Counted from the first letter of the stretch, positions 1-12,315 are shown. The stretch: 64,000 nucleotides of DNA from Eledone cirrhosa (GCA_964016885.1 OZ024741.1:100626001-100690000); one strand, 5' to 3'. Notes: generated from the sequence alone by a model not told the origin. Program-made: numbers and translations.

Positions 1-280
1 ACATTGCTCCAGTTTACTCAGCTGTAGAAATGAGATGATAGGACTGGGGTCCCTATCATTCCACTACAAAGTGGTTGTGGAGGTGCGACGGCAAAAAAGC
101 ACCCAGCACTCACTGTAAATGAGGTCGGTGTTAGGAAGGGCAACCAGCTGTAGAAATCAAGCCAGAATCAGTTTCCGTATGAGCAAGACAAGGTCAGCCG
201 ACTGGACACTGCCCGCAACAGGACAACCCGTCTAACCCATGCTAGCGTGGAAGAATGGACGTAAAACAGTGATGGTGATT
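1..280 (+). mobile_element. SINE 3' part with a family B core and an RTE-derived tail
   Basis: 1-34 matches SINE B core; ggtgttaggaagggc..ccagctgtagaaa and aacccatgctagcgtggaa..ggacgtaaaac..gatg match the RTE 3'UTR and terminus. Confidence 0.7.
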
Positions 281-819
281 TAATGTTGATTTCTTTGTAC
301 TTTGTTTTTGTTTTTCTAATAGAATCATGCCCCTCCCCCTTTTTAAATGGAGGAGGGGCAAGGGAGGGAAGATGTCTGGTTTCCAGTTCTCAAAGACCGT
401 TGGGAGAGAGGATGGTATCCTTATACCCAAAAAGTAACCATAGTACTTGCAACAGAGTGGATTCTTCTAAAGTCACCCAAGGATCATGCATACATTCCCT
501 CATGCACTGCAAGCAGTGCATTGAGCCAGTGCTTATCCCGGTTTCAAGGATCAAGTGGTGATGTTATACTTGGAAAAATTAAATCTAACGCCCTTATTGA
601 CATGGGAGAGCGTCTATTGCAGTGGTGGGAAATCTTATATCAGGGATAAATTGCAAATGTATAAGATTTCTTGAGATGTAGGATGAGATGGGGGAAGGGG
701 CTGAAAAAAATGAATTTTTAATTTTTTAAATTTTACAATGTATGCAATTTTCAGAGACATGATCAGTGGGCATTTTCAAATTTTAATGTGAGTGAATAGT
801 TCCCAGGTCCTTCCCAATG

Positions 820-1015
820 CTGATTGACCTGCTAGAAATAGTAGTTAAATTTCCTTTATGTCACATCATGCCATCTTGAAAAAGAGAGTAAGACACATTG
901 GATAATGTAGTTTTAGGTATACCATACCTGAAAAAGAAGACAAGTTGGTCACAGCTGGCATGTCTTTGATTTTTTTTTCTGCTCAGGTAGGCTGTGGACT
1001 AAATTATAAAACAAT
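820..1015 (+). repeat. Interspersed repeat family D; copies at ~22240-22680, 28530-28715, 28955-29150, 45935-46150
   Basis: Shared ctagaaatagcagc...gtcttaaaaa..gacacattggataatgtagt...cacagctggaatg...aaacaacaa. Confidence 0.7.
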
Positions 1016-1451
1016 TACAGTGACCTTCTTTTTTTTTTTTTTCTATATTTTTCCCTCTTATATTTCAATATTTCAATTGTGATGAGAAAGTAGTCATGTG
1101 TACAACCCCATTTAAACCTTAACCCATGCTAGCATCGAAGATGGATGTTAAACGATGATGATGATGATGATTGAATTTATGAGATTTTGATATTATTTAC
1201 TTTGAGAACAATATCTTAACATAAGTATGAGTGGTCTGTTACAGCTGGTTTGAACAGAAAGAGGTGAGAGAATTCTGGCCAGATACGGCCAGTTTAAATG
1301 CTAACATGTCCATCTATATAATGGGGTCAATTGAATAAACCATGCCTACTCCTGTTTCTATTTAGTGAAATATAAATTATTAAACAAATACTGAACATAA
1401 AATCATCATCATCATCATCTTCGTTTAACGTCCATTTTCCACGCTATTATA

Positions 1452-1692
1452 ATAATAATAATGAAATTATTGTGTACAGTGCTCAGGTGCACTACAACTC
1501 ATCAAAGGTGCATTTATAGTACATAGAATAATGTTCAAATGTCAGGAAAATAAACAGTGTATGAGTCATGAAATGCATGTGTGCGCGTGTATGGAGGGGG
1601 GGGGGGCATCAGGTGCAGTGTTGGTGAATCTCAGGAAGCATAGAGGTTTTAAAGGATGCAGTGTCTCGACAGCTAACAACTGATGCAGGTAG
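1452..1692 (-). mobile_element. CR1-type LINE 3' end; second copy at 53140-53388 (+)
   Basis: The two are reverse complements; 53140 copy reads WNKLPASVVSCRDTASFK (CR1 ORF2 C-terminus style) with an (att)n tail. Confidence 0.7.
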
Positions 1693-2621
1693 TAATGTTC
1701 ATTAAAACTTGACTATACCAGCTGTCTGCTCTACCTATGGGATACATTTAAACTATTCACTAGAGCTTAGCACATTTCTTGTCTAGCGAGGAGGGTAGGG
1801 GGAGAGTATTTAGTGCACATGATGATATTAATAAGATTATATTTTTTCCAACTATTAACCTCATATTTCAATGTATATTTACTATATTCATATTTATGCT
1901 ATGTTTTTATGAGTTTAATCTTGTCATCATAATCAGCATCATATGTCATATGTCTGGATATATACATAGCTACTTCCAATGTGGACTGGGATTAGGAAGC
2001 TTTATTTTTTTTTAGAAAGATAAGAACATATTCTATTCTTAATATAGAAATAAAAATTCCTAGCTGAAATTTAATCTGGGACAATATACATCATATACCT
2101 GGGAAAAAGATACTTGATGACTGAATCATAAGTTAGAAGTTGTGTGTATGTGTGTGCAGAGTATGCACATGCATGCGTGCACACATATACACACCTCTAT
2201 ATGAAGGTAGCTAAAACTGTTGATTTCCTTAACTTGAACGTAAATATATCCAGATTAAAGCAAAGCCAACCACAAACCCAGACAAACATAAGCCTTACAC
2301 CTGCAATTAACCCCAATCACCAGACTCAGACTGCTCAAGGAATAACTAAACAATGCACGCCTTTCTACACACACCATTTACTGGTTTGGGGATGACAAAT
2401 TTCATCAGGCTGCAGCCATCATATTATGTAGTTTATATACAAAAAAAAAATGTTTTTCAGCGATTAAGACCCCATTATGTAATTGGCATGGAACTCACTC
2501 ATAATCCATACTGATGTTGTCTAAAGGAAAGTCATGTGGCTATAGAGCTTAGCACCTGTGAATAATGCTTGCTCATCTTAAACAATTAATCTTAGAATGT
2601 ATATTTTTTTTTTGTTTGCAG

Positions 2622-2784
2622 AAAGCATTCGAAAAGGTGTGGCACCTTCATTTGTAATGAAACCACAAGATGCTGAAGTGATCCGAGATTCATTACTGGT
2701 GTTACACTGTGGAGCAAATGGTGTTGATAGAAATGATGAAAGCCCAAAGATCACATGGCTTAAAGGTGGAGTTGAACTAGACAA
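2622..2784 (+). CDS. DCC/NEO1: DCC/Neogenin/Frazzled exon, Ig3 N-terminal half (ESIRKGVAPSFVMKPQD...LHCGANG...KITWLKGGVELD)
   Basis: Acceptor tttgtttgcag at 2611-2621, donor gtgagt at 2785; Ig I-set Cys and W-L-K motifs; phase 1 to 2, matching next exon. Confidence 0.9.
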
Positions 2785-2864
2785 GTGAGTTTTGTTTCAC
2801 ATGAATTTGTTATGATACTATCAGAACAGAAATGTGCATAGCATGGAAAGCAGACATAAAATTG

Positions 2865-3154
2865 TGTGTATTTATGTATATATATTTATGTATGTATATA
2901 TATATATTTATGTATATATATTTATGTATGTATATATATATATATGTGTAAATATGTGTATGTATATATATATATGTGTATGTATGTATATATGTGTATG
3001 TATGTATATGTGTATGTGTGTATGTATATATGTTTTTGTTTATATATGTAAATATATGTATATGTATGTATATATATATGTATATATATATATATGTATA
3101 TGTATATATATGTATATGTATATATATATATATGTATATGTATATATGTATATG

Positions 3155-3185
<31 letters not shown>

Positions 3186-3320
3186 GTATATATATGTATA
3201 TGTATATGTATATATATGTATATGTATATGTATATATATATATGTATATATATGTATATGTATATATATGTATATGTATATATATATGTATATATATGTA
3301 TATGTATATATATGTATATG

Positions 3321-3353
<33 letters not shown>

Positions 3354-3358
3354 GTATA
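2865..3358. repeat. Compound (TA)n/(TATATG)n microsatellite
   Basis: Direct reading. Confidence 0.95.
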
Positions 3359-3774
3359 ATTGATTTTTACTGTATCATTGTTACTTTATAAGATTTTAAT
3401 CACAATTCTTTTTTTATTCATTTTTTTTTCTCTTTAACTGTCAATAAAATCTAATTTTGGTATTGACATTAATAAACTTCAAAGCTCTGCAATATTAGTT
3501 CCAATATATCTAAGATAAATAATTGCCTTCATGTTTGACATTACTCATAAAAATTAGTTAGTTCAATGAAACTGTAATCTTTTCTGTTCTAAAAGGAAAG
3601 TTTTGAAGCCATCCTGCAGACATATCAGCTCTCATGTAGAAAATCATTATAATTACTATTGTTTTTTTCGTTTTTTTTTTTTTTTTTTCATTCATTTTCA
3701 TAGTGCTAACTTGCTTTATCAAATTTGGTGTTTTGTTTACAAAATAAATATAATCACCATTATCTCATTTGCAG

Positions 3775-3914
3775 TTCAAACAAAACTTTCAAAATTGTTG
3801 GGACAGGCAGCTTAGTGATTCCTAATGTTCAGGAGAGCAACAAAGGCATCTACACCTGCCGTGCAAGTAATATGGAAGATTCTATAGATGCCCCAGCTTC
3901 TGTAAATGTTCTTG
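3775..3914 (+). CDS. DCC/NEO1: DCC/Neogenin exon, Ig3 C-terminal half (SNKTFKIVGTGSLVIPNVQESNKGIYTCRASN...VL)
   Basis: ctcatttgcag acceptor, gtaagt donor at 3915; G-x-Y-x-C Ig motif; phase 2 to 1. Confidence 0.92.
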
Positions 3915-4065
3915 GTAAGTGAAGCCATTCTTTTACAGCTATGCTTGCTGAGCTTGTTTGTTTTCCTTTAACATTCTTTAGGATGGTAGTATGATCATTT
4001 CTGTTAATTTCTCATCACTTGAGTCCTAGCTTTGCAAAATCTGCCAAATAAGGATCAACTTTGTT

Positions 4066-4620
4066 GATTCTGCCATGTGAAAGACAACTTTATTGATCCT
4101 GCTATATGAGAGTCATCTTTGTTGATCCTGCTATGTGAGAGTCATCTTTGTTGATCCTGCTATGTGAGAGTCATCTTTGTTGATCCTGCTATGTGAGAGT
4201 CATCTTTGTTGATCCTGCTATGTGAGAGTCATCTTTGTTGATCCTGCTATGTGAGAGTCATCTTTGTTGATCCTGCTATGTGAGAGTCATCTTTGTTGAT
4301 CCTGCTATGTGAGAGTCATCTTTGTTGATCCTGCTATGTGAGAGTCATCTTTGTTGATCCTGCTATGTGAGAGTCATCTTTGTTGATCCTGCTATGTGAG
4401 AGTCATATTTGTTTATTCTGCTATGTGAGAGTCATATTTGTTCATCCTGCTATGTGAGAGCCAACTTTGTTTATTCTGCTATGTGAGAGTCATCTTTGTT
4501 GATCCTGCTATGTGAGAGCCATCTTTGTTTATCCTGCCTTGTGGGAGTTAGATTTGTTGATCTTGCTATATGAGAGTCAACTTTGTTTATTCTGCCATAC
4601 AAGGGGTCATCATTGCTGAT
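4066..4620. repeat. 29-bp minisatellite, ~19 copies (GATCCTGCTATGTGAGAGTCATCTTTGTT)
   Basis: Identical central units, degenerate edges, no spacers. Confidence 0.95.
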
Positions 4621-5032
4621 CTTTCCACATAAGTGGCAGGTCATCAGTCAACATAGCTATAAATATGGTGTGTAAAGTTGTGTGCCATGCAAGCACTGTC
4701 TAATTGATGTGTCTCACTGATATATATGATGGATGGTCTGCATGAGAAAGTATCTGATTAAATACTAAGACCTAAAAAGGTTTATATTGTTGTGCCCTGA
4801 GAAGAAATAGAGACTATACACTCATTACACTCACCTCTTCATTGTCTAGTTTAGAGATGGATGTGCTTCACCATGCTGACTTGTCCTTGGTACACCACAT
4901 CAAAATGGAAGTTTTCTCTAGTGCTCCATGAATTTGATGGGAGTTGACTTATTTATTTTTCCCAACTCCTGTACACACACATACACTTTGACTGATTTTA
5001 CTGATAACATTTTTCATTTATTATTGCTTCAG

Positions 5033-5308
5033 TTCCCCCTAAATTCAAGATAAAACCAAAGAATGCAGTGGCCCAAGTGAACTCGGAGCAAACATTTGAA
5101 TGTGATATATATGGTGTGCCACCACCAAAGATCTCTTGGATGAAAGACGGTGAAACGATCAAGACCGATGACTACTTCAAGATAGTCGATCGCAAGAACC
5201 TGCGTATATTGGGTCTACTGAAGGAGGATGAAGGAATGTACCAATGTTTTGGCAAGAACTATCTCGGTAGTATTCAGGCTAGTGCTCAGCTAGTAGTAAG
5301 GCTACATA
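5033..5308 (+). CDS. DCC/NEO1: DCC/Neogenin exon, Ig4 (VPPKFKIKP...FECDIYGVPPPKISWMKDGE...DYFKIVDRKNLRILGLLKEDEGMYQC...IQASAQLVV)
   Basis: tgcttcag acceptor, gtaagt donor at 5309; closely resembles the DCC-family Ig4 signature DYFQIV..NLRILG..DEG.YQC..AQL. Confidence 0.95.
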
Positions 5309-6161
5309 GTAAGTATTCTGTAAATGGTTAACACTTCTGTGAACTATAAACCTAATTCTTACATCTCTTTCAGCTTCATATATTGCTTTTCATTCCTCAC
5401 AAGTGGAGTTCTATAATTAATAGGGATTAATTTCAGTGTCTCTGTATGTATGTGTGTGTCTGTCAGTGTATAGGTATGTGTAAGGGTGTGTGTGTGTAAC
5501 CAGGTATGAGGTATATGTCTGCCATAATTATATAGGTAGACAGTTGGGTGGATTTAATATAGTCTGTGGCTATTGGTTTTGTACCCCCATGCTCACATAC
5601 ACAAATATGACATCTGAACCCCGTTGTGTATGCATGTTTGCCTCTGAACAGGCCTTCACATTAACACTGCTTGGGCAGCCAGTGATGATTGTTTATGTCC
5701 TGCAAAAACTACATATCCCACAGATCAGCGATTCGATGGACAAGACCAGTGGAATAAGTACTATCCAATCCAGGGTCTTCTCACTCCTGTTGGAGGAATC
5801 CCTCACTAGTTGACCTTCACCACTTTCTGTTTGGTTTTGGTTATGTCAGGGGTATAACAGTACTCACCATGCTCAGTCAAATTCAGGTTAGTAAGGCTAT
5901 TTAACCCATCATTGGGTAAATGGCCTTTGACTCTGAGGAGCTCATCTGCCCTATTAGTAGCTCTTGTTTGTTTTTTTGTTTTTTTGCTGTTGGGATTCCA
6001 CTTACCCTCCTCACCAGACCAGGGCTTGGTGGTGGAGCTGGTTTAGTTACCTACTACTTGACCATGAAGCAGGTTGTACAGTGTTACACGGTACCAGTAG
6101 AGGTCAGAGGTCTGACCTGACAATATGTGCCTTATATTTATAAAGTTTGGATTGGTGTCAG

Positions 6162-6325
6162 AGGCAGTGAATTGGCAGAATCGTTAGAACATCAGATAGA
6201 CTGCTTTATGGTATCCATTCTGTCTCTCTGCTCTCTGAATTCAAATCCTGCTAAGGTCAACTTTGCCTTTCATCCTTTCGAGGTTGATAAAAAAAATGTA
6301 CCAGTCTAGTACACTGGTCGATTCT
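6162..6325 (+). mobile_element. tRNA-derived SINE family A; other copies at 15821-16020+, 16042-16255+, 21661-21760+, 30988-31180-, 38938-39122-, 39437-39620+, 45141-45330+, 46960-47110-, 47152-47300+, 48730-48940+, 54520-54640+, 59780-59945-
   Basis: A-box-like tggcagaatcgttag, B-box-like gagttcaaatc, conserved core aggtcaactttgcctttcatcctt...gataaaataaagtaccagt. Confidence 0.8.
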
Positions 6326-6847
6326 TCCTCTATATTTCTTTCTCATTTCCCCTCGCTCATTTTCTATCTTTTTCTGGAAGAAATCTGCTGTACTCAGACC
6401 TGGAGAGGAGATGGGCTCCACCAGGTTTAAAATGCCCAAGAAATGCTGTATGTCAATACTGCGCCCCTACGATTTTATCAGGAGTTACGGGACCATACCA
6501 TAGAATAATACCTCAAAAATGTTTTTCTCTGACCCATTCCAGCATAGAAGTATATATGTAAATAAAGACTGATGAGAGAGAGAAGTTGTGTGTTGCCCTC
6601 CAAAATTTAATTCAGAGTTATGAGACATTCCCTGTTTTCATTTGTTTCTCTCGGAGATTAGTGTAGATCTTAGGACCTTCCTTCCACCTTGATAACCGAG
6701 TTATTCCACATATTCTCATCATGTTCTAATCCCTTCATTTCACCTTCAAAGAAGGGCTTTGCCATAAAATGATGAAATTTTTTTCTCGTGGCACTAAATC
6801 TTATTAACTGTATTTAGCCCTAGATAATCTTAAAGCAGGTATCACTC

Positions 6848-7001
6848 ACATATACACCAACACATACATATACACCAATACATACACACACATATACACC
6901 AATACGCACACACGTATACACCAATACACACACACATATACACCAATACACGCACACACCAACACACACTCACCAACAAGCACCAATACACACATACACA
7001 C
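6848..7001. repeat. CA-rich ~20-22-bp minisatellite (catatacaccaatacaca)
   Basis: About 7 imperfect copies. Confidence 0.8.
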
Positions 7002-7211
7002 TACTCATTTTCTTTACCTTTTGATGTTGTTATCAGTGAAGGATACTTTACCATCATTCACACCTTGAATTTGCCAGATTAAGAGTTCATTTCAAACAGA
7101 ATTTATAACAATCGCAGAATTTTCTTTCTATCGGAAGCTTAGGAAGAAAGATCTGAAGCATTCTGACAATGGAAAATGATCAAGTGAAAGAGAGAGAGAG
7201 GTGTGTGTGTG

Positions 7212-7243
<32 letters not shown>

Positions 7244-7379
7244 CTTGTATATGTGTGTATGTGAATATGGGAAATTCATTGTCTGTTTCCTTACTGTTTA
7301 GAGATCCCTTCCGAAGTTTGATTTTGATTTCTACACTTGCAGGAGGTAAAAGTGTTTCTCTTGTTTTGAGCAAACATAG

Positions 7380-7437
<58 letters not shown>

Positions 7438-7525
7438 TAGCTATGTTTGCTCAAAACCAGAGAAACATGTTGATTTAACACTTCACTGCTCGCAAGTGTT
7501 TTTTAAGCTTCATATCATGTCTCCC

Positions 7526-7596
7526 TATTTTATCTGATGAGAACGCAAATATCATCCCATGATGATATTTGTTTTTGAAATGCGCATAATAAAATA
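7526..7596 (+). ncRNA. Type I hammerhead ribozyme motif (Penelope-like element type)
   Basis: Stem I tattttat/ataaaata; CTGATGA 7534-7540; ~16-bp stem II 7541-7576; GAAA 7577-7580; palindromic stem III tgcgca; UA at 7587-7588. Confidence 0.8.
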
Positions 7597-7624
7597 CATG
7601 GAACTCTTTTAACCATCTTTTGAT

Positions 7625-7660
<36 letters not shown>

Positions 7661-7786
7661 CTATGTTTGCTCAAACCAGAGAAACACTATATATATATAT
7701 ATAGAATAACTGCCACTTCTTTACAGAAGACGGCCATATACATATATACTATCACCTCAGTAAACAGAAAAAAGAAATACATATAC

Positions 7787-7827
<41 letters not shown>

Positions 7828-8461
7828 CACGCGTGTGTGTGTGTGTATTTCATTTTAACACCTTGTCTGGGTAATTCTTTGTTTCAACCTGAAACTTCAA
7901 CAGCAATTCATGTCTTTTCTATCTAATCATCATTCTTGTTTTTCTTTTTCATTAATATTTTTCCCATTTAGCTTCTATATATATATATATCACTTATTTT
8001 TTCAAATCTTTCTATAGTACTTTGTTGTTTCAACATCTCTCTCTCTCTCTCTCTATCGCTGTCATCATCATCACCTCTCACTTTCCCCCTATGCAGCTAT
8101 CTGTTTCAGGTCTCTTGTGATTTACACCTTCCATCTCCCCACTCACTCCAACACACACACTCCATCACTTTATTCTTCTCATATCAAGATTTTTAATTCG
8201 TTTTAGTAATTTTTTATAATGGTATCTCTCTCTCTCTCTCTCTCTCAAACGCTCACACACTCACGCACATACATAAATATATACTTTTTTAAATACATCT
8301 ATGTCTATAAAAGTATACATATACACCCATTTGCATACATATAAATATATACAAGCATATTTGAATGAATGCATACACACATGACACACATATTTATGCA
8401 TATTTCTTTATACACATATATTTACACATGTACATATGTGTATATACCTATATATGTATGT

Positions 8462-8517
<56 letters not shown>

Positions 8518-8934
8518 GAGTAGTAAAATTGTTTGCTACATGTTATATATATATTTGTACAAACTTCCCCGAAACAAACTTCCCCTGAAAACAACAACAC
8601 TAACAACAACAAGAAAATTAAGAGCTACAATGTCACACACAAATATTACATCATTCCCCACCATCATCGCCACCATCTTTCTTTTAATTTAATCACAAAC
8701 CCAACCACATTTGTATATATTTATTGTATCCTGGCATATTTTCTAAGGAAGTGTAGGTTGATAATGTTGAGGGTTTTTTCATTGTTTCGTTATATATTTT
8801 TTTGTTGGTTATATATATATATATATATTGTTGGTTATATATATATATTGTTGGTTATATATATATATATATTGTTGGTTATATATATATATATATATAT
8901 TGTTGGTTATATATATATATATATGTATTGTTGG

Positions 8935-8980
<46 letters not shown>

Positions 8981-9674
8981 TTGGTTATATATTTTTTTGT
9001 TCATTTATTTAAATATTTTTAAAAATTATCAGTTTTTTAAAATGTATTTTATTTTGGAAGTTTTTTTTAATTTATTGATTCTCTGGGATCCAGTCTATCA
9101 TCATGATCATCAACATCATCGTCTTCATCATCATCATCATTGCCATCATCACCATTACCATCAACACCACCATCACCACTGGCTTCTCTCCTTCTACAGC
9201 CAGTTACACTACACACACACACACACACACACATACACACACATGTGTGTGTATGTGTAGTGTAATCATATTTCTAAAGCAAGCAGAATCTGCCAAAGAT
9301 TGTGTAGCTTTTGGCACAATCACTATGGTTACCATCATTACCTAACTCCCACCACTACCACCACCGCCACACACACACACACACACATATCATCTTATTC
9401 CTTCCTCTTATTGCACCACACCATCGTTTATCCCACCCCAACAGATCCACAGCAGTGACATGTTCTGTCAGTGCAGTAGACCTTCAGTTAATTATTACTA
9501 TTGTCTTCCTGGCTGCATTTTTGCTGTTAACCCTTTTCTCTCTCCTCCTCCTCCTCTCAGACTACTTCCTACACCCCACCCCCCAACCCACTCTCTCTCT
9601 CTCTCTCTCTCATGTGTGTGTGTGTTTGTATACCCAGACATACATATGCATATTTGTATATATATATATGTATA

Positions 9675-11765
9675 TCATCATCATCATCATCATCAGCGTT
9701 TAACGTCCGTGTTCCACGCTTGCATGGGTTTGGACGGGGGTAGTCCCACTTGAGGCAAGAGTGATTGTCTTGCTCGCATAGGACTGTCTGGCAGGTTTTC
9801 TACAGTTGGATGCCCTTCCTAACACCAACCACATTTACAGTGTGGGTCTGGGAGGTTTTTACCGTGTTGCCTACACGGCCACATTACAGCGTGGACTGTG
9901 TGTTTTTTTGTCGTGACACCTACACGATCTCATTTGTTTCGGCCTCGATGGCGCGGCACCAACATAACTTTACATAGAACGGGGTGGTGTGGATCGGGTG
10001 GGGGTGGTGGGACGGGGTGTATTTGTTAGAGATGCCTACTGGCTGGAGTAGGTTTTACTATATATTTAGGTAAGGCGGGTCTTCTCTGTTACTGAGTACC
10101 GCCAAAGGTCTCGGTCCAGTGACATTGTCTTGGAGAGGTGTAAGTGTGTGATGTCGGAGTTTATCAGCTCGTCCCAGGTTTTTCTAGGTCTGCCTATTCC
10201 GTGACTACCGTCTATCTTTATTGCCCTGCACTTTGTTATACAGCTATCGACTTTCATGCGCATCACGTGTCCATACCAACGTAGCCTTCTCTCGAGTAAA
10301 CAACATCTGATCCCTCTTATCTCTAATTTATTCCTTAGTTCGTTTATGCTTTGCCGTTCACGTATATTACTGTTACACATCCAGCGGAGCATGCAAGCTT
10401 CGTTCCTCTCTAGTCTGCGTATATCCTCTGCACACAATGCCCAGGTCTCACTGCCATGCAGCATTGCTGTTCGTATGCAGGCATCGTACAACCTGCCTTT
10501 CATTTTTAGTGAGAACCCTTTAGCAGCTAATAGTGGTATAAGCTCTCTGAACTTTTTCCAACCAGTTCTGACTCTAGCTACAGTACTTTCAGAGCACCCT
10601 CCCCCACTGCTGATTTTATCGCCCAGGTAACGGAAGCTGTCCACTATTTCTATAGAACCCTCTGCGCAATTGAAAGAGCTAGTAGTTTGTGGGCACTTGC
10701 TGCTACTTATTGCACCAGAGCACCGGCCACATGTAAAATCTATGTTCTTAGTTAGCCTACCTGTGATCCCACTACATCTTTTATGCACCCATACTTTGCA
10801 TTTAGGACATAAAATGGAGTTTCTACCTACGCCTTTCCTACACACCGAGCACGACCATTTCCCAGAAGGGACCGCCGCCTTGTTTTCTTTCCTACAAACT
10901 AGTACTTTGGTCTTAGCCAGGTTAATTTTAAGTCCTTTTGACTCTAGGCCGTGCTTCCATGTTTGGAATTTCTTCTCTAGCTCGGCCATTGATTCCGCTA
11001 TGAGTGTCAGGTCGTCTGCGTATAGGAGTTCCCATGGGCAGCCTGTCTTGAACTCCTCTGTTATGGCCTGAAGGGCAATAATAAATAGTAGTGGACTGAG
11101 AACAGAGCCCTGATGGACGCCGACTTTTACGCTAAACTCTTCACTATATTCGTTGTTAATTCTAACCTTGCTGACTGTTTCTTTATACATGGCTTGTATA
11201 GCCCTCACAAGCCATTCGTCAACGCCTAGTTTTCTAAGAGCCCACCAGATAATGGAGCGGGGGACTCTGTCGAAGGCTTTCTCCAAGTCGACAAAAGCTA
11301 AGTAGAGGGGTTTACCTTTAGCTAGGTACTTCTCTTGTAGTTGTCGTACTATGAAAAGAGCGTCTGTGGTACTTTTGCCTGACACAAACCCGAACTGCAT
11401 TTCATCTAGGTCAATTCTCTCTCTGATTAGCTGCGCTATTACTCTTTCCGTGACCTTCATGACCTGGTCGATTAATTTAATGCCTCTATAGTTACTCCTA
11501 TCTAGGGCGTCTCCTTTACCCTTATAACAGTTAACGATGATGCTGCTATGCCAGTCCTTCGGAACAACCCCGTTTTGTACGACTTGGTTAACTATGCGGG
11601 TGACCATGGTGTGTCCCACCGTGCCAGATGCCTTCAGCATCTCAGCAACTATTTCCGAAGGCCCAGCCGCCTTACCAGTCTTCATATCCTTGATTGCCTT
11701 ACTTATTATACTCCCCTCGACTAACACTGCTGGTCCCTCTATTGGGTCGATATGGGGGAGACTGC
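9675..11765 (-). mobile_element. 5'-truncated RTE-clade LINE (copy 1): uninterrupted 553-aa RT ORF 11727..10066, ~370-nt 3'UTR and (TGA)n tail
   Basis: NYRGIKL, QFGF, DLEKAFDRV, GVHQGSVLSP, YADD (11011-11022), YLG, RRLRWYGHV, GRPRKTW motifs; flanked by (TA)n. Confidence 0.95.
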
Positions 11766-11767
11766 CT

Positions 11768-12051
11768 TTATATATATATATATATATACACGCTCATGCA
11801 TGCAAATGCATGTTTATATATATATATATATATATAAATATCTATGTATATATATAAATATGTATGTGTATATATATATATATATATATGTATGTATAAT
11901 ATATATAAATATATATGTATATATATAAATATATATATGTATATATATGTGTATGTATGTATGTATGTATGTATATATATATGTATGTATGTATGTATGT
12001 ATATATGTATATATGTATGTATGTATGTATATATATATATATATATGTATG

Positions 12052-12082
<31 letters not shown>

Positions 12083-12091
12083 ATATGTATG

Positions 12092-12134
<43 letters not shown>

Positions 12135-12147
12135 ATATGTATGTATG

Positions 12148-12182
<35 letters not shown>

Positions 12183-12191
12183 ATATGTATG

Positions 12192-12290
<99 letters not shown>

Positions 12291-12315
12291 ATATGTATGT
12301 ATGTATATATGTATG

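Noticed and set aside
283-649. Overlapping 92-aa and 100-aa ORFs as possible upstream Ig exons
   Set aside because: No Ig motifs or resemblance to DCC-family Ig1/Ig2
4066-4620. Possible CRISPR array (29-bp repeats)
   Set aside because: Head-to-tail units with no spacers, no cas genes, eukaryotic intron
9765-9977. Duplicated 70-aa ORF (also 60013-60225)
   Set aside because: Antisense reading of the RTE 3'UTR; similarity reflects TE copies, and the start is not ATG
10256-11071. Plus-strand ORFs over the LINEs (also 55901-56741, 60952-61970, 62930-63163)
   Set aside because: Antisense shadows of RTE coding sequence
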